Source: a virus
Taxonomy: Duplodnaviria; Caudoviricetes
IMG/VR virus record: IMGVR_UViG_3300037067_005519
Span: 32,001-96,000 of that record
Length of the DNA: 64,000 bases
Direction: 5' to 3' (one strand)
A model generated the notes under the pieces. That model was not told the DNA's origin. It saw nothing but the letters and a program-made list of their open reading frames with translations, and did no database searches. The position numbers and the translations under genes were made by a program. This document shows, piece by piece, positions 55,098 through 64,000 of the stretch (the first letter of the stretch is position 1; each line of letters opens with the position of its first letter).

Positions 55098-56411
55098 TCA
55101 TCGCAATGGTCCAATGTCCCGGCCGCCGTCGATGATGTACCGCTGCGGACCAACCTTCTCGGACTCATGGCGCAGTTTGACGTTCATTCGCCAAGTCAGC
55201 CCATGCTTGGGGTTTACACCGTGGAACCATTGAGCCGGTTCTCGGTATCCAGACAACGAGTTGTAGGCAAAGGAATCAGTCCCAAGCCAACTCCCATTTA
55301 CCAGCAGTTCACCGTCCACGTCCGACAGCGTGCTTGCTGCATGGTGATGCCCACAGCAGAAGTAGCGGCATCGCTTGGCACCAGCCGCAGCGCCAAGGGC
55401 AATCAAGCCCTTCTGTCGTCGAACCATCCCGTACCACGGGATGCCGAGGTTGCTTCGCACGTCATCGCCATGCGAGACGTTGAAGCCAACGCCGTTGATG
55501 TTGATATTTGCCGACCACGCATCTGGGATCGTAAAGTAGACATTATCGAGGCCACGGCAATGCAATCTCGCCACTTCGCCGACCAAGTAGTCCCAGTTGT
55601 CGTGTGCGCCCAGGTAATCCTTCTTGGGCGTCCGCCGGCCGTGGTTGCCGGCCAGATACAAGACATTGACCTGCTCAAAGTGAGCCGCCAAGTCCCGGTA
55701 CATCAAGGCATGAAGTTGACCGATCGCCAAGCAGTTCTTAAATTGATTCCTGTAATAGCTGCGCTCGCAGGCTTTGTGGATTTCTCCACTGGTAAAGTCA
55801 CCGTAGGCGAGCACCCACAGGACCGGGAAGTAGAACTTCGGAGCCAGGGTGTTTTGAGTCCAATCGACCACGGTGTTGACGTACCGTTCGGCTCTGGCGC
55901 AGGAGATCGGGAAATTGTAGTCTTCCAGTCCGCCGACTTCCTCGGGCCGCACCACTTGATCGTGGTGCCCGTCGCTCATGTGCATGACGCAGTGCTCGAC
56001 GATCTTGGCCTTGGGCCGAAGGATGACTTGCGTCGGGAGGGCCTTGAGTGGCTTCACCCGCTGATCCATCTCCACGGTGATGGCCCGGAACAAGCCTTGC
56101 GTCTTTGCGCTGGCCTTGCTCTTCGCGCGCTCTCTGTTGCGTTCCTCAGTCAGGTGTATGATCTCGGCTTCAAGCTCCAAGATTCGCTTGTTCGTGGGAT
56201 CGTGCTCTTCGAGCTTCTTCCGTTGACCACCGGACCTCTTCGGTACTGGTTCGCCATTGGGCCAGGGGACTTCCTTGTGAATTCGGCCAGTAGCGATGTC
56301 ACTCACGGTCGAGCGGCTGACCTCGTGCTTCTTGGCGATTTCCGCCTGAGTCATCTTGCCGCCAATGTCAGCCTTTATGCGCGCGGCCTTGGCCGAAGTA
56401 ATCTTCTTCAT
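55098..56411 (-). CDS. HTH plus calcineurin-like metallophosphoesterase/nuclease
   Basis: TQAEIAKKHEVSRSTVS; SDGH, GDF, GNHGR, SHGD, GHHH. Confidence 0.85.
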   Translation of the reverse strand: MKKITSAKAARIKADIGGKMTQAEIAKKHEVSRSTVSDIATGRIHKEVPWPNGEPVPKRSGGQRKKLEEHDPTNKRILELEAEIIHLTEERNRERAKSKASAKTQGLFRAITVEMDQRVKPLKALPTQVILRPKAKIVEHCVMHMSDGHHDQVVRPEEVGGLEDYNFPISCARAERYVNTVVDWTQNTLAPKFYFPVLWVLAYGDFTSGEIHKACERSYYRNQFKNCLAIGQLHALMYRDLAAHFEQVNVLYLAGNHGRRTPKKDYLGAHDNWDYLVGEVARLHCRGLDNVYFTIPDAWSANININGVGFNVSHGDDVRSNLGIPWYGMVRRQKGLIALGAAAGAKRCRYFCCGHHHAASTLSDVDGELLVNGSWLGTDSFAYNSLSGYREPAQWFHGVNPKHGLTWRMNVKLRHESEKVGPQRYIIDGGRDIGPLR

Positions 56412-56427
56412 GTGAAACCTTTCAGAA

Positions 56428-58449
56428 TTAAGCCACTAACTCTTCGATGATCGCTCCATCTTCGCTGCCCTCTTCATCGAGAGCGTCACTGAATTCACCC
56501 ATTGTCATCAGTTCCAATTTGCGATTGGCCTGGATGACTTCCAACACTCGCTCGTCCGTGGGAAGGTGAATCAAGTCCACGATGTCGCAACCTAAGTTCT
56601 CGTCCATCCCCTTACGGTGAATGCGGTCCTCGGATTGAGCGCGATACTCTGGCTTGAAACTGTTGGACCAGTAAACAGCCATTCTCGCTTCAACCAGAGT
56701 GAGGCTCATGCCGCCAGACTCAGGATGTGATGAGAAGGCAACTCGTTGGTTGTCACGATCAGCCCAGAATGCCAGAGCCTCTTCGCCGTCATTCGTGATG
56801 ACATTGCCTTCACGATCGGTGACCTCGAAGCCACGGCCGTCAACACGTAGAACGGACCAGCCATCCTTATGACAGATGTTGGTCACGCGATCGACACTGC
56901 CCGTGAAGCCGGCAAACACCACGATCCGCCCGTTCTCCTCGCACTCGTCAAGGAGCATCTTCAACGCCTTCTCTTTTGGACAGGCAATCTCCTTCGTTAT
57001 GCGAATGATCTTCGGAACGGTCTTATCACCGCCGCAACGCGGACACGTAGCCATCCTTCGTTGGAGTTTTGCGGCGAACTCTGGGTCAAGGAAACTTATG
57101 TCGCTGTATGTCGCGCCGTCTTCACCGTCGTTAGCATCAAACCATTCTTCGATCTCGCCGCCGCTGTTCGGGCAGAAGGGACACGGTACTTCGCCGTCCT
57201 GCACGTCCCGGTACTGGAAGCCATCGCTCAACTCACGAAGCAAAGTCAAGCCGGTGATCGTATTTGGTGCAGTCTCCGCGATCGCCTGGGCCACCCGCAA
57301 TACACTTGGATTGGGTTTGCAGATAATCTTGCGGTATCGCTTGTCTGGAAGATTGAGGCAATCCTTCTTGTGCTTGATGACTACAAGGCCCTTGAGGCGC
57401 TCGTACATATAGGCCACTTCATTGACGCTGGGTTGGAACTTGTGATAGTCGTCTGGATCAATGATGCCGTCAAGTTCATGCGGGCCTTCTGCCTCCGTTG
57501 CTCCGCAATGCTTGCACTTCCGTTCGTCATCCTTCCAGCCGATCCGCTTGGGAAACATCCCAGCGTCAAACTGCTGCATGACAACGAAGCCACACCGCTG
57601 CTCAAGCGCCTTCTTACTGCCTTCACGGAGGAAGCCAGGCCAGGCAATCTCGCATTGACTCCACCAATCCAAAGGCGACTTCGGCGAAGGCGTGCCGGAC
57701 ATTTCGATCACGTAGCCCTCGAAGCCGTACTTCTCACGAATCCAGTCCGCCAGACGAAGGGCGGCCTGTGATCGCTGACTCGTGTCGCCCTTGAGCCGAC
57801 TGGATTCGTCGAAGATCACGCCTTGCGGCAGTTCGTTTCCTGGCTGCCATTCGTCGATTCGCCGAGTCAACTCCTCATAGGTGATGAACTCGATGCGAAC
57901 AGGACCGCTGAAATCAAAACCCCATTTGGCGAATTCACGCCTGATGTTGGGGAGTGAACTCTTGGGTCCAACCCACCACCAGTAAAGCACGCCGCTCTTC
58001 TCGATTACCTTCTGTGCAGAGAGGGTCTTGCCCGTGCCCATTTCCGCCGCCCACAATTGGTAGTGGTATGTCAGACCGCTGTCTGACATATCGCACTGGT
58101 GTGGCATCATCGAGGTCGGTTCGCCATTGAGGGTCGCCGAATACTCGTGTCGAATCAATTCCCGATCGAACCACTCATAGACGTTCTCGCCCATGAGGAA
58201 TCCAAGCTGGAAGCGATTGCGAGGACAGTCTTCGATTGACCATATCTTGCGGCCGTCATCGTCATCATCGCGGCCGTGCCAGCGTGAATTCTTCATCGCC
58301 TTAATCTCGTCTTTCAACGCGAATGGCGACTTGAGAAACCAAATGCGACCAGCCTTGTACTCCAAGGTGGCGGCTGAGCGGAGCAGCTTACCGCTCGACG
58401 TGCGAGATGTGAGTTTACATTCGACAATATCAGGCATGATGGTATTCAA
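56428..58449 (-). CDS. SNF2-like SF2 helicase with zinc-finger insertions
   Basis: EMGTGKT, DESS, SGTP, QSEDRIHRKG. Confidence 0.92.
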   Translation of the reverse strand: MNTIMPDIVECKLTSRTSSGKLLRSAATLEYKAGRIWFLKSPFALKDEIKAMKNSRWHGRDDDDDGRKIWSIEDCPRNRFQLGFLMGENVYEWFDRELIRHEYSATLNGEPTSMMPHQCDMSDSGLTYHYQLWAAEMGTGKTLSAQKVIEKSGVLYWWWVGPKSSLPNIRREFAKWGFDFSGPVRIEFITYEELTRRIDEWQPGNELPQGVIFDESSRLKGDTSQRSQAALRLADWIREKYGFEGYVIEMSGTPSPKSPLDWWSQCEIAWPGFLREGSKKALEQRCGFVVMQQFDAGMFPKRIGWKDDERKCKHCGATEAEGPHELDGIIDPDDYHKFQPSVNEVAYMYERLKGLVVIKHKKDCLNLPDKRYRKIICKPNPSVLRVAQAIAETAPNTITGLTLLRELSDGFQYRDVQDGEVPCPFCPNSGGEIEEWFDANDGEDGATYSDISFLDPEFAAKLQRRMATCPRCGGDKTVPKIIRITKEIACPKEKALKMLLDECEENGRIVVFAGFTGSVDRVTNICHKDGWSVLRVDGRGFEVTDREGNVITNDGEEALAFWADRDNQRVAFSSHPESGGMSLTLVEARMAVYWSNSFKPEYRAQSEDRIHRKGMDENLGCDIVDLIHLPTDERVLEVIQANRKLELMTMGEFSDALDEEGSEDGAIIEELVA

Positions 58450-58954
58450 GTAGGAAACCGCTGCGATCAGGTGCCATGTTCCGCTCGAAGTTGCTCCACA
58501 CGGAGGTCAAACCGGCACGATCAAACAGCAGAAGGATTTTGGAATAACAGGTACGGACTGTTGGCGGCGTGGCCTGGTCAGTGCCAGAAGCCACGGCATC
58601 TCGCCATTGTGACAGCGTTCCGGTCAGGACGGCCACGTTGACGTTCGGTATCTTCGTCTCGGCCCGGACGCAGGACATACCCGACGTTCGATTCACGATG
58701 TCGAAAAGGTCATGTTCGTCGGCAATTACCAGGATGCTGAACGAAACATGCGACAGAAGGTTAGGGGTAATCTCTCCGTCTTCCTCTATGAACCCTGCCA
58801 GGCAGGAAAGGAATTTCTCGGCGTCAACCATCTTGCGGTGGCTGGAATCGGCGGCGCTTGCAACACTGTAGCCCAACGCTTCGTGCGTAAGGCCCAGCAG
58901 CGTGTTGAAGTCGATCGCTGGTGTTGTAATCAGAACGGCTTCAACAGGCATCAT
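58430..58954 (-). CDS. Hypothetical protein (possibly ThyX-like fold remnant)
   Basis: LSHVSFS...TGTLSQWR; coupled to helicase. Confidence 0.55.
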   Translation of the reverse strand: MMPVEAVLITTPAIDFNTLLGLTHEALGYSVASAADSSHRKMVDAEKFLSCLAGFIEEDGEITPNLLSHVSFSILVIADEHDLFDIVNRTSGMSCVRAETKIPNVNVAVLTGTLSQWRDAVASGTDQATPPTVRTCYSKILLLFDRAGLTSVWSNFERNMAPDRSGFLLEYHHA

Positions 58955-59243
58955 TCAACCTCAACTTCAATCATGCTCTCGTATTCAGGCTCGAACCTGG
59001 TCAAGAGACGTTCAATGATCCGGTCACAGATATTCTCTTGATCGCCCCAATCCAAGTCGGCATGAAAGACGACCTCAACCTCGAAGGCGACATCATCGTC
59101 GGGTTGGACGAATCGCAAACTGGCGAGCGGGCGATGACGACACCCCATGTGTCGCAAGACCGACTCAATGGCCTTGTACGACAGCTTATGGCCCCATCGA
59201 CCTTCGTAAAGCAACACCCTACAAATCACTCGTTCCATTTCCA

Positions 59244-59477
59244 TCACGCGGCCTGAAAGTCGCGCATCAAGATGCCTTCGCTGGCAACCAATTCCTGACA
59301 GGACGAAAGTGCTGGATCGAGCCATGCTTCTGGTCCTTCGTCGCCACAATCCGATGCGGCAAGCTGGCGAGCAGCGTCTTCGTCACCAGCACCGATCACG
59401 AAGCCGAAGGCTCGATCGAACCAAGGCTCCCAGGGTGCAGACTCCTCATTAACAGGTCGTAGAATCCAAAGTCTCAT
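59244..59477 (-). CDS. Hypothetical protein
   Basis: GGAG RBS; MRLWILRP. Confidence 0.65.
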   Translation of the reverse strand: MRLWILRPVNEESAPWEPWFDRAFGFVIGAGDEDAARQLAASDCGDEGPEAWLDPALSSCQELVASEGILMRDFQAA

Positions 59478-59749
59478 GTGTTCTCCAAAAGGTAAAAGAT
59501 GAAAGCCGGTTACTGCGTGTTTCGCTGGCGTCGGTAGTATCTCCGCTAGTCCACACGCCCTTGTTGAAATTCCCACCCACGGCCGCCTCACACCGAAACA
59601 GAAACGGCCACCCTCACCGGCTTTCGTGAAACTCGCCCATAATGCGCGTCATCGCTGTATTTCAAGCGAGAGCGGCGCGGCGAGTGTGATACGGCTGGCA
59701 CCGCCTCAGTGAGACGGTGCCGGTACTCCTTCCACCAATGGTGGATGAG

Positions 59750-59902
59750 CTATCGAAGTTGCTGACCCGTATATGGATCGTAGCGAAACTGATACGGCGT
59801 CGGCGGTGCATACTGCTGCTGTTGCGGCTGTTGCAGCCGGGTATCAAACCCAGCCTGGCAACCTGCAAACAACAGAACGACCAAAAGCAGAAGGTATCGC
59901 AT
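59750..59902 (-). CDS. Small lipoprotein (50 aa, not in ORF track)
   Basis: MRYLLLLVVLLFAGC lipobox; GGAGAACAC RBS region identical to that of 59244..59477. Confidence 0.7.
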   Translation of the reverse strand: MRYLLLLVVLLFAGCQAGFDTRLQQPQQQQYAPPTPYQFRYDPYTGQQLR

Positions 59903-60143
59903 GTGTTCTCCAAAGAAAATGAATGACGCCTGCTGGAATCCCCTTCACCACACCAGGTTACAGCCTGGCTAAACCTAATTCGGTGGTTGAGGCCGTGGCA
60001 CACCTATACCAGCTTCCCACGGGCAGACCTTGCTCCTCGGGCCAAGCGTCACTAGAGCTTCGCAGAATCGCTGATTCGCCAGGCTGGCTCAGCGATAAGC
60101 CTTTGCAGGTCCGAATTGCCACTGGCAACGGACGAACTTCGGA

Positions 60144-60887
60144 CTAGCGGGCGCGAGCCTTCTTGCTCGGGTCTTCCTTCACAACCTCGGTGCCGCCGTT
60201 CTTCTCGGTGAGGAACTTGTTGATCTCGTCAACAATGACTTCCATCGCGGGAAGAGTGGTGAACGGGGACGTGCAGGGCTGAACGTCGGGAACGTGCCAC
60301 GAATGGCCGCGCTTGTTCTTCGCCACGCGCACTTTCAACGTGCAGGGCTGAACGGGATGCGGCTTCATCTGGCTCACATCCGCGCCGGCGGCCTTCTTGG
60401 CGTCGATCTGCGCCTGGCTCAAGGCCATGAAGACGGCGATGTCTCCGGCGATCGGCCGGGTGCTCTTCGTGCCGCAGAACAGTTCGAGGAACCGGCCGCT
60501 GCCCTTTTCCAGCACCAGGAAACTGGTGCCGTACATGCAGTTCGAGTCGGTCTCTTCCGAACGCGCGGCGATGTCCTTGAAGGCGTCACTCTTGGCGTCG
60601 TAGTTGGCGACGATCGCTTCCTTGTCGCTCAGGTCGAGCGCCTTGAGGCGGCGGGCCAACGGCAGGATGTCGATCGACTTGCCCAGGTTCACGATCTTCT
60701 TGTCCGACTCGGGAATTCCGTAGGTGCCCGGAGGGATCAACCCTTCGTTGATGGCGTTGCCCTTGGAGAACAGTTGGAGCCGACCGAGGAACGTGGTGTT
60801 CCGGGCCATCTGCTCGAATTGCTCGTCGGTGCCGAGTTGAGTGGAGGGAAGCTGGGTGAGATCGACGGTGGTCAAAGCGTTACTCAT
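60144..60887 (-). CDS. Putative single-stranded DNA-binding/replication protein
   Basis: Strong codon bias, replication-module position, SWHVP motif near C-terminus. Confidence 0.55.
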   Translation of the reverse strand: MSNALTTVDLTQLPSTQLGTDEQFEQMARNTTFLGRLQLFSKGNAINEGLIPPGTYGIPESDKKIVNLGKSIDILPLARRLKALDLSDKEAIVANYDAKSDAFKDIAARSEETDSNCMYGTSFLVLEKGSGRFLELFCGTKSTRPIAGDIAVFMALSQAQIDAKKAAGADVSQMKPHPVQPCTLKVRVAKNKRGHSWHVPDVQPCTSPFTTLPAMEVIVDEINKFLTEKNGGTEVVKEDPSKKARAR

Positions 60888-60942
60888 AGAACTCTCTTGA
60901 AACTGAAACTTGGGATTGGGATTGGGATTCACTATCTCTTGC

Positions 60943-61821
60943 TCAATCATCTACATGCACATCGAGCACCTTCCTTTCTCGTTGGATGCGTATGGCATCC
61001 TCTTGTTCCCTCACGCTCTGGCGATCGAGATGGCGGACCCAACGCAGGGCCGCATTGAAACCGTCGAGCACTGTCTTACATCCCTCGCCCGTACAGACGA
61101 GTGCTCCAACCTTTTCTGCTTCCTGCTCGATCTCCTTCAACGATCTCAGATGGGCCACTGCTTGGAACTTGTCCGAGTAGAAGGCATCCATCTTGCCCTG
61201 CTTGACCGCCTCCTTGAACCGCTTGATGCAGACCGCCGCTATCGGCTTGAACTGCTTGGGCGGCATGAGCTTGGCCTGATCCACGTAGTCCAATTGCATG
61301 GACTTGGGAATCTTGGCCAGCATGTAGGCGTTGTCCAGGCAAATCTCTCCTCGGTTGACCATCACCTGAACTGCTTTCAGGAGGTCCATTAAGCCAAGGC
61401 ATTTGCCTACCCAGGCGGGTGACTTGCGGATGAGGCACGCCACACCAGCTTGGGTCAAGTCGGGATCACGCTGCATCAGTCTCTTCAACTGATGGGCGTA
61501 CTCTGCCAACTTCGTCTCGGGCGAGATCGCGTTCGCCACGAGTTGCAGAACCAGCACTTCGTCGTCAGTGGCCTCCCTGATGAGGCAGGGAAGCGTCTGG
61601 AGGCCGATGTCTTTGGCCCCAGTGTATCTGTGTAAACCTTCAATGATCTCCCAGGCGTCGTCTGAGTTCGCCTGGGGCCTCACAAGCAGCGGTTGAAGGA
61701 TGCCATGCTCCCGGATGCTGTCTCGCATCTCCAGGTACTCAAGGCTCTCCCGGTTTACTTCCCGCAACTTGACCTTGGGTTCCCGCAGAGACGTGATCGG
61801 CAGATGCCTCAAGTCGTCCAT
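60943..61821 (-). CDS. ParB/Srx-family protein, second copy
   Basis: SIREHGILQPLLVR..IIEGLHRY; HTH. Confidence 0.9.
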   Translation of the reverse strand: MDDLRHLPITSLREPKVKLREVNRESLEYLEMRDSIREHGILQPLLVRPQANSDDAWEIIEGLHRYTGAKDIGLQTLPCLIREATDDEVLVLQLVANAISPETKLAEYAHQLKRLMQRDPDLTQAGVACLIRKSPAWVGKCLGLMDLLKAVQVMVNRGEICLDNAYMLAKIPKSMQLDYVDQAKLMPPKQFKPIAAVCIKRFKEAVKQGKMDAFYSDKFQAVAHLRSLKEIEQEAEKVGALVCTGEGCKTVLDGFNAALRWVRHLDRQSVREQEDAIRIQRERKVLDVHVDD

Positions 61822-61843
61822 GCGTTTGCCTCTCTTGTCCTGA

Positions 61844-62002
61844 CTCTAAGGGTGTCGGAAATTGCATGAAATGGTCATCGAATCAAAACTTCCGGCGAAA
61901 TTGTTGATTGACGCGGCACTACAATCGAAACCCCTATTCAGATACCGGCCTGATAATCTATCAAGCGATGACCATTTCGTGCGATTTCCGACACCCTTAG
62001 AG
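61844..62002. repeat. 37-bp inverted repeat bracketing the divergent intergenic region
   Basis: Arms 61844-61880 and 61966-62002, 35/37 complementary. Confidence 0.85.
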
Positions 62003-62036
62003 GCATAGGAAGAAAGAGACCTCCCAGGAGAGATTC

Positions 62037-64000
62037 ATGCCCAAGGTTACAGAGGCGATCCAGAACTTCATCACCGCCCGCCGGGCGGCCCACAACGCTC
62101 CAGAACTGCTGGACCGTTGGACTCCGTTCATGGAAACGCAAGTCAATGTGGCTGCCGACAACGGCGAGCCGGTAGATGGCAAACGCAGCACCTATAGCGA
62201 TGGGGAATACGAGTGGTTCAACATCCGCATCCCAAAACACGCTGCGACCGAGCCGGAGTTCCGCGATTACGAACTCCGCTGGCCCCTGGACCTGCATGTG
62301 GAGGCCATCGGGTGGACCGGCTGGGATTGGTCGGCCCGTAAGAGCCGGGCGCTCGGTTTCGACTTCGACGCCATCACAGGCCATGCCAAGGGCATTGGCG
62401 TGAGCGATGAGGAGTTGGAGCGGATTAAGCAGGCCGCCATGTCTCTGCCTTACGTCGAAGTGCGGCGCAGCACGGGCGGCGGCGGCATCCATCTATACGT
62501 GTACTTCGATGAAGCCGGCGTCCCCACGGCCAACCACACCGAACACGCTGCTCTCGGCCGTTGCGAGTTGGGAATGATGTCAAGCGAAACCGGCTTTGAT
62601 TTCGCCTCCCAGATCGACGCCTGCGGTGGGAATATGTGGATTTGGCATCGGAAGATGACAGTCCTGAACGAGGGCCTCAAGCTCATCAAGCCGGCCGAGA
62701 GGGTGCTGACCCTGGCCGATCTCCCATCGAACTGGCACGACCACATCGAGGTCGTCACCCGTCGCCGGACGAAGATTCGCGTGTCGGCCGAGCTAGCGGA
62801 CGATAACTTGGACCCATTCGAGGCCCTCACATCCGCCCGCAAAATCGTTCCACTCGATACAACCCATAAGAACCTCATGGACGACCTGATCCATTCGGGG
62901 TTCTCCACGATCTGGGTGCCCGATCACCACTTGCTCCAAACGCACACCTGCGCGCTGGCCAAGATGATCGAGGAGAAGAAGGTCAATTGCATCTTCAAGA
63001 CCACTTCCAAGGGCACGGACAGCACCAGCCCCAATTGCTTCATGTTCCCGTTGCCCAAAGGCGGCTGGAAGGTCTATCGCTTCTCGCCTGGCTGTGGTGA
63101 GGACGAAACCTGGACCCAGGACAAGGAAGGCTGGACCACCTGCTATTTCAACTGCCGGCCGAACTTGGCCACGGCCGCCAAGGCTATGGGCGGGCAGGAA
63201 GACCCGGATCACGGCGGGTTCATTTTCAGGAACTCTGCTGAGGCCGCAAAGGCAGCAGAGGCGCTAGGCCAACAGATCACGTTACCCAAGTCATTACTTG
63301 AAGACAAGTCCAAGCGCAAAGCGCGCCTAAAGGCTCACAAAGACGGACGCCTTGTGATGCACATCAGCAAGAACCCCGGAGAGAAGGACAAGACTCTCAA
63401 GGGCTGGATCAGTAAGCCCGACAAGTGGGTCAAGCTATTCGACGTTCTCACAGAAAACAAACAGGACGATGTGGAGGAAGCCGAAAACGACCATCTGATT
63501 CGCCAACTGGTCACACCAGCGCACGAAGATGCTGGGTGGTATCTGCGCGCCGAAGACAAGACCTGGCAACGCTTCTCCACGGAGAAGGTAAAGTTGCGAT
63601 TGATTGCACTAGGGCACCCAAAGCCACAAGTCGAGCAAATCCTTGGCAGCACGATCGGCAAGGCATGGAAGTTGGTAAATGTACCGTTCCAGCCGGAGTA
63701 CCCAGGAGACCGCAAATGGAACGTCGATGCGGCCCAATACAATTATCAACCGGCGAATTTGGAGTATGACCAGACGCCAATCCATCCGCACTGGGATAGC
63801 GTCCTGACCCATTGCGGCCAAGACTTGGATGGAGTCGTTCGAGACGATCCCTGGTGCAAGTTGCACAACATCAAGTCTGGTGCGGACTATCTCCTATATT
63901 GGATTGCATTTCTGTTACGCGATCCATTCCAACCTCTGCCCTACCTCTTCCTCTATGGCGCACAGAATAGTGGGAAGTCGATTCTTCATCAGGCATTTGG
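62037..64000 (+). CDS. Primase-polymerase (AEP) / SF3-like helicase, truncated by window end (not in ORF track)
   Basis: AGGAG RBS; GFDFD and RSTGGGGIHLY primase motifs; LFLYGAQNSGKS P-loop in the same frame at the window end. Confidence 0.88.
   Translation, partial: MPKVTEAIQNFITARRAAHNAPELLDRWTPFMETQVNVAADNGEPVDGKRSTYSDGEYEWFNIRIPKHAATEPEFRDYELRWPLDLHVEAIGWTGWDWSARKSRALGFDFDAITGHAKGIGVSDEELERIKQAAMSLPYVEVRRSTGGGGIHLYVYFDEAGVPTANHTEHAALGRCELGMMSSETGFDFASQIDACGGNMWIWHRKMTVLNEGLKLIKPAERVLTLADLPSNWHDHIEVVTRRRTKIRVSAELADDNLDPFEALTSARKIVPLDTTHKNLMDDLIHSGFSTIWVPDHHLLQTHTCALAKMIEEKKVNCIFKTTSKGTDSTSPNCFMFPLPKGGWKVYRFSPGCGEDETWTQDKEGWTTCYFNCRPNLATAAKAMGGQEDPDHGGFIFRNSAEAAKAAEALGQQITLPKSLLEDKSKRKARLKAHKDGRLVMHISKNPGEKDKTLKGWISKPDKWVKLFDVLTENKQDDVEEAENDHLIRQLVTPAHEDAGWYLRAEDKTWQRFSTEKVKLRLIALGHPKPQVEQILGSTIGKAWKLVNVPFQPEYPGDRKWNVDAAQYNYQPANLEYDQTPIHPHWDSVLTHCGQDLDGVVRDDPWCKLHNIKSGADYLLYWIAFLLRDPFQPLPYLFLYGAQNSGKSILHQAF

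Larger units (their letters stand above)
1..64000. mobile_element. Large temperate bacteriophage segment (early/replication/nucleotide metabolism region, spanning the integration module)
   Basis: Dense co-oriented small ORFs, phage-type PolA/SNF2/primase, integrase plus excisionase, tRNAs, no contiguous host housekeeping operons. Confidence 0.9.

Noticed and set aside
55167-56450. 427-aa plus-strand ORF
   Set aside because: Antisense shadow of the metallophosphoesterase gene
61938-63866. Minus-strand ORFs listed in the track
   Set aside because: Shadows of the plus-strand primase-helicase that runs off the window

Overview
This 64 kb window looks like part of one large temperate phage genome, probably with a Planctomycetota host (inferred from integrase architecture and small membrane proteins). 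Almost all genes are on the minus strand. It holds the early, replication and nucleotide-metabolism region: family A DNA polymerase, SNF2 helicase, a primase-helicase running off the right end, DNA ligase, two ParB proteins, ThyX, dUTPase, dCMP deaminase, class II RNR, NDK, two sigma factors and CsrA. It also has a tyrosine integrase/excisionase pair beside a tRNA-Gln and four more tRNAs. No virion structural genes are visible. The standout is a Ro60/TROVE (Rsr) gene preceded by a ~680 nt non-coding array (52648-53321). The array has six Y-RNA-type Ro-binding helices, each with the invariant motif GGGCCGA-N9-GUUAUC and a co-varying partner strand. Four are minimal ~60 nt Y RNAs. Two are grafted into tRNA bodies with normal tRNA topology, i.e. 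a circular permutation of YrlA, and one of these keeps an intact Asn anticodon arm. A 6S-like rod lies inside the array and a candidate promoter sits at its 5' end. The window also has a DRB0094-type RNA ligase, two further tRNA-like RNAs with large inserts and several other closed, structured intergenic elements. All structures were folded by eye and no database search was run.
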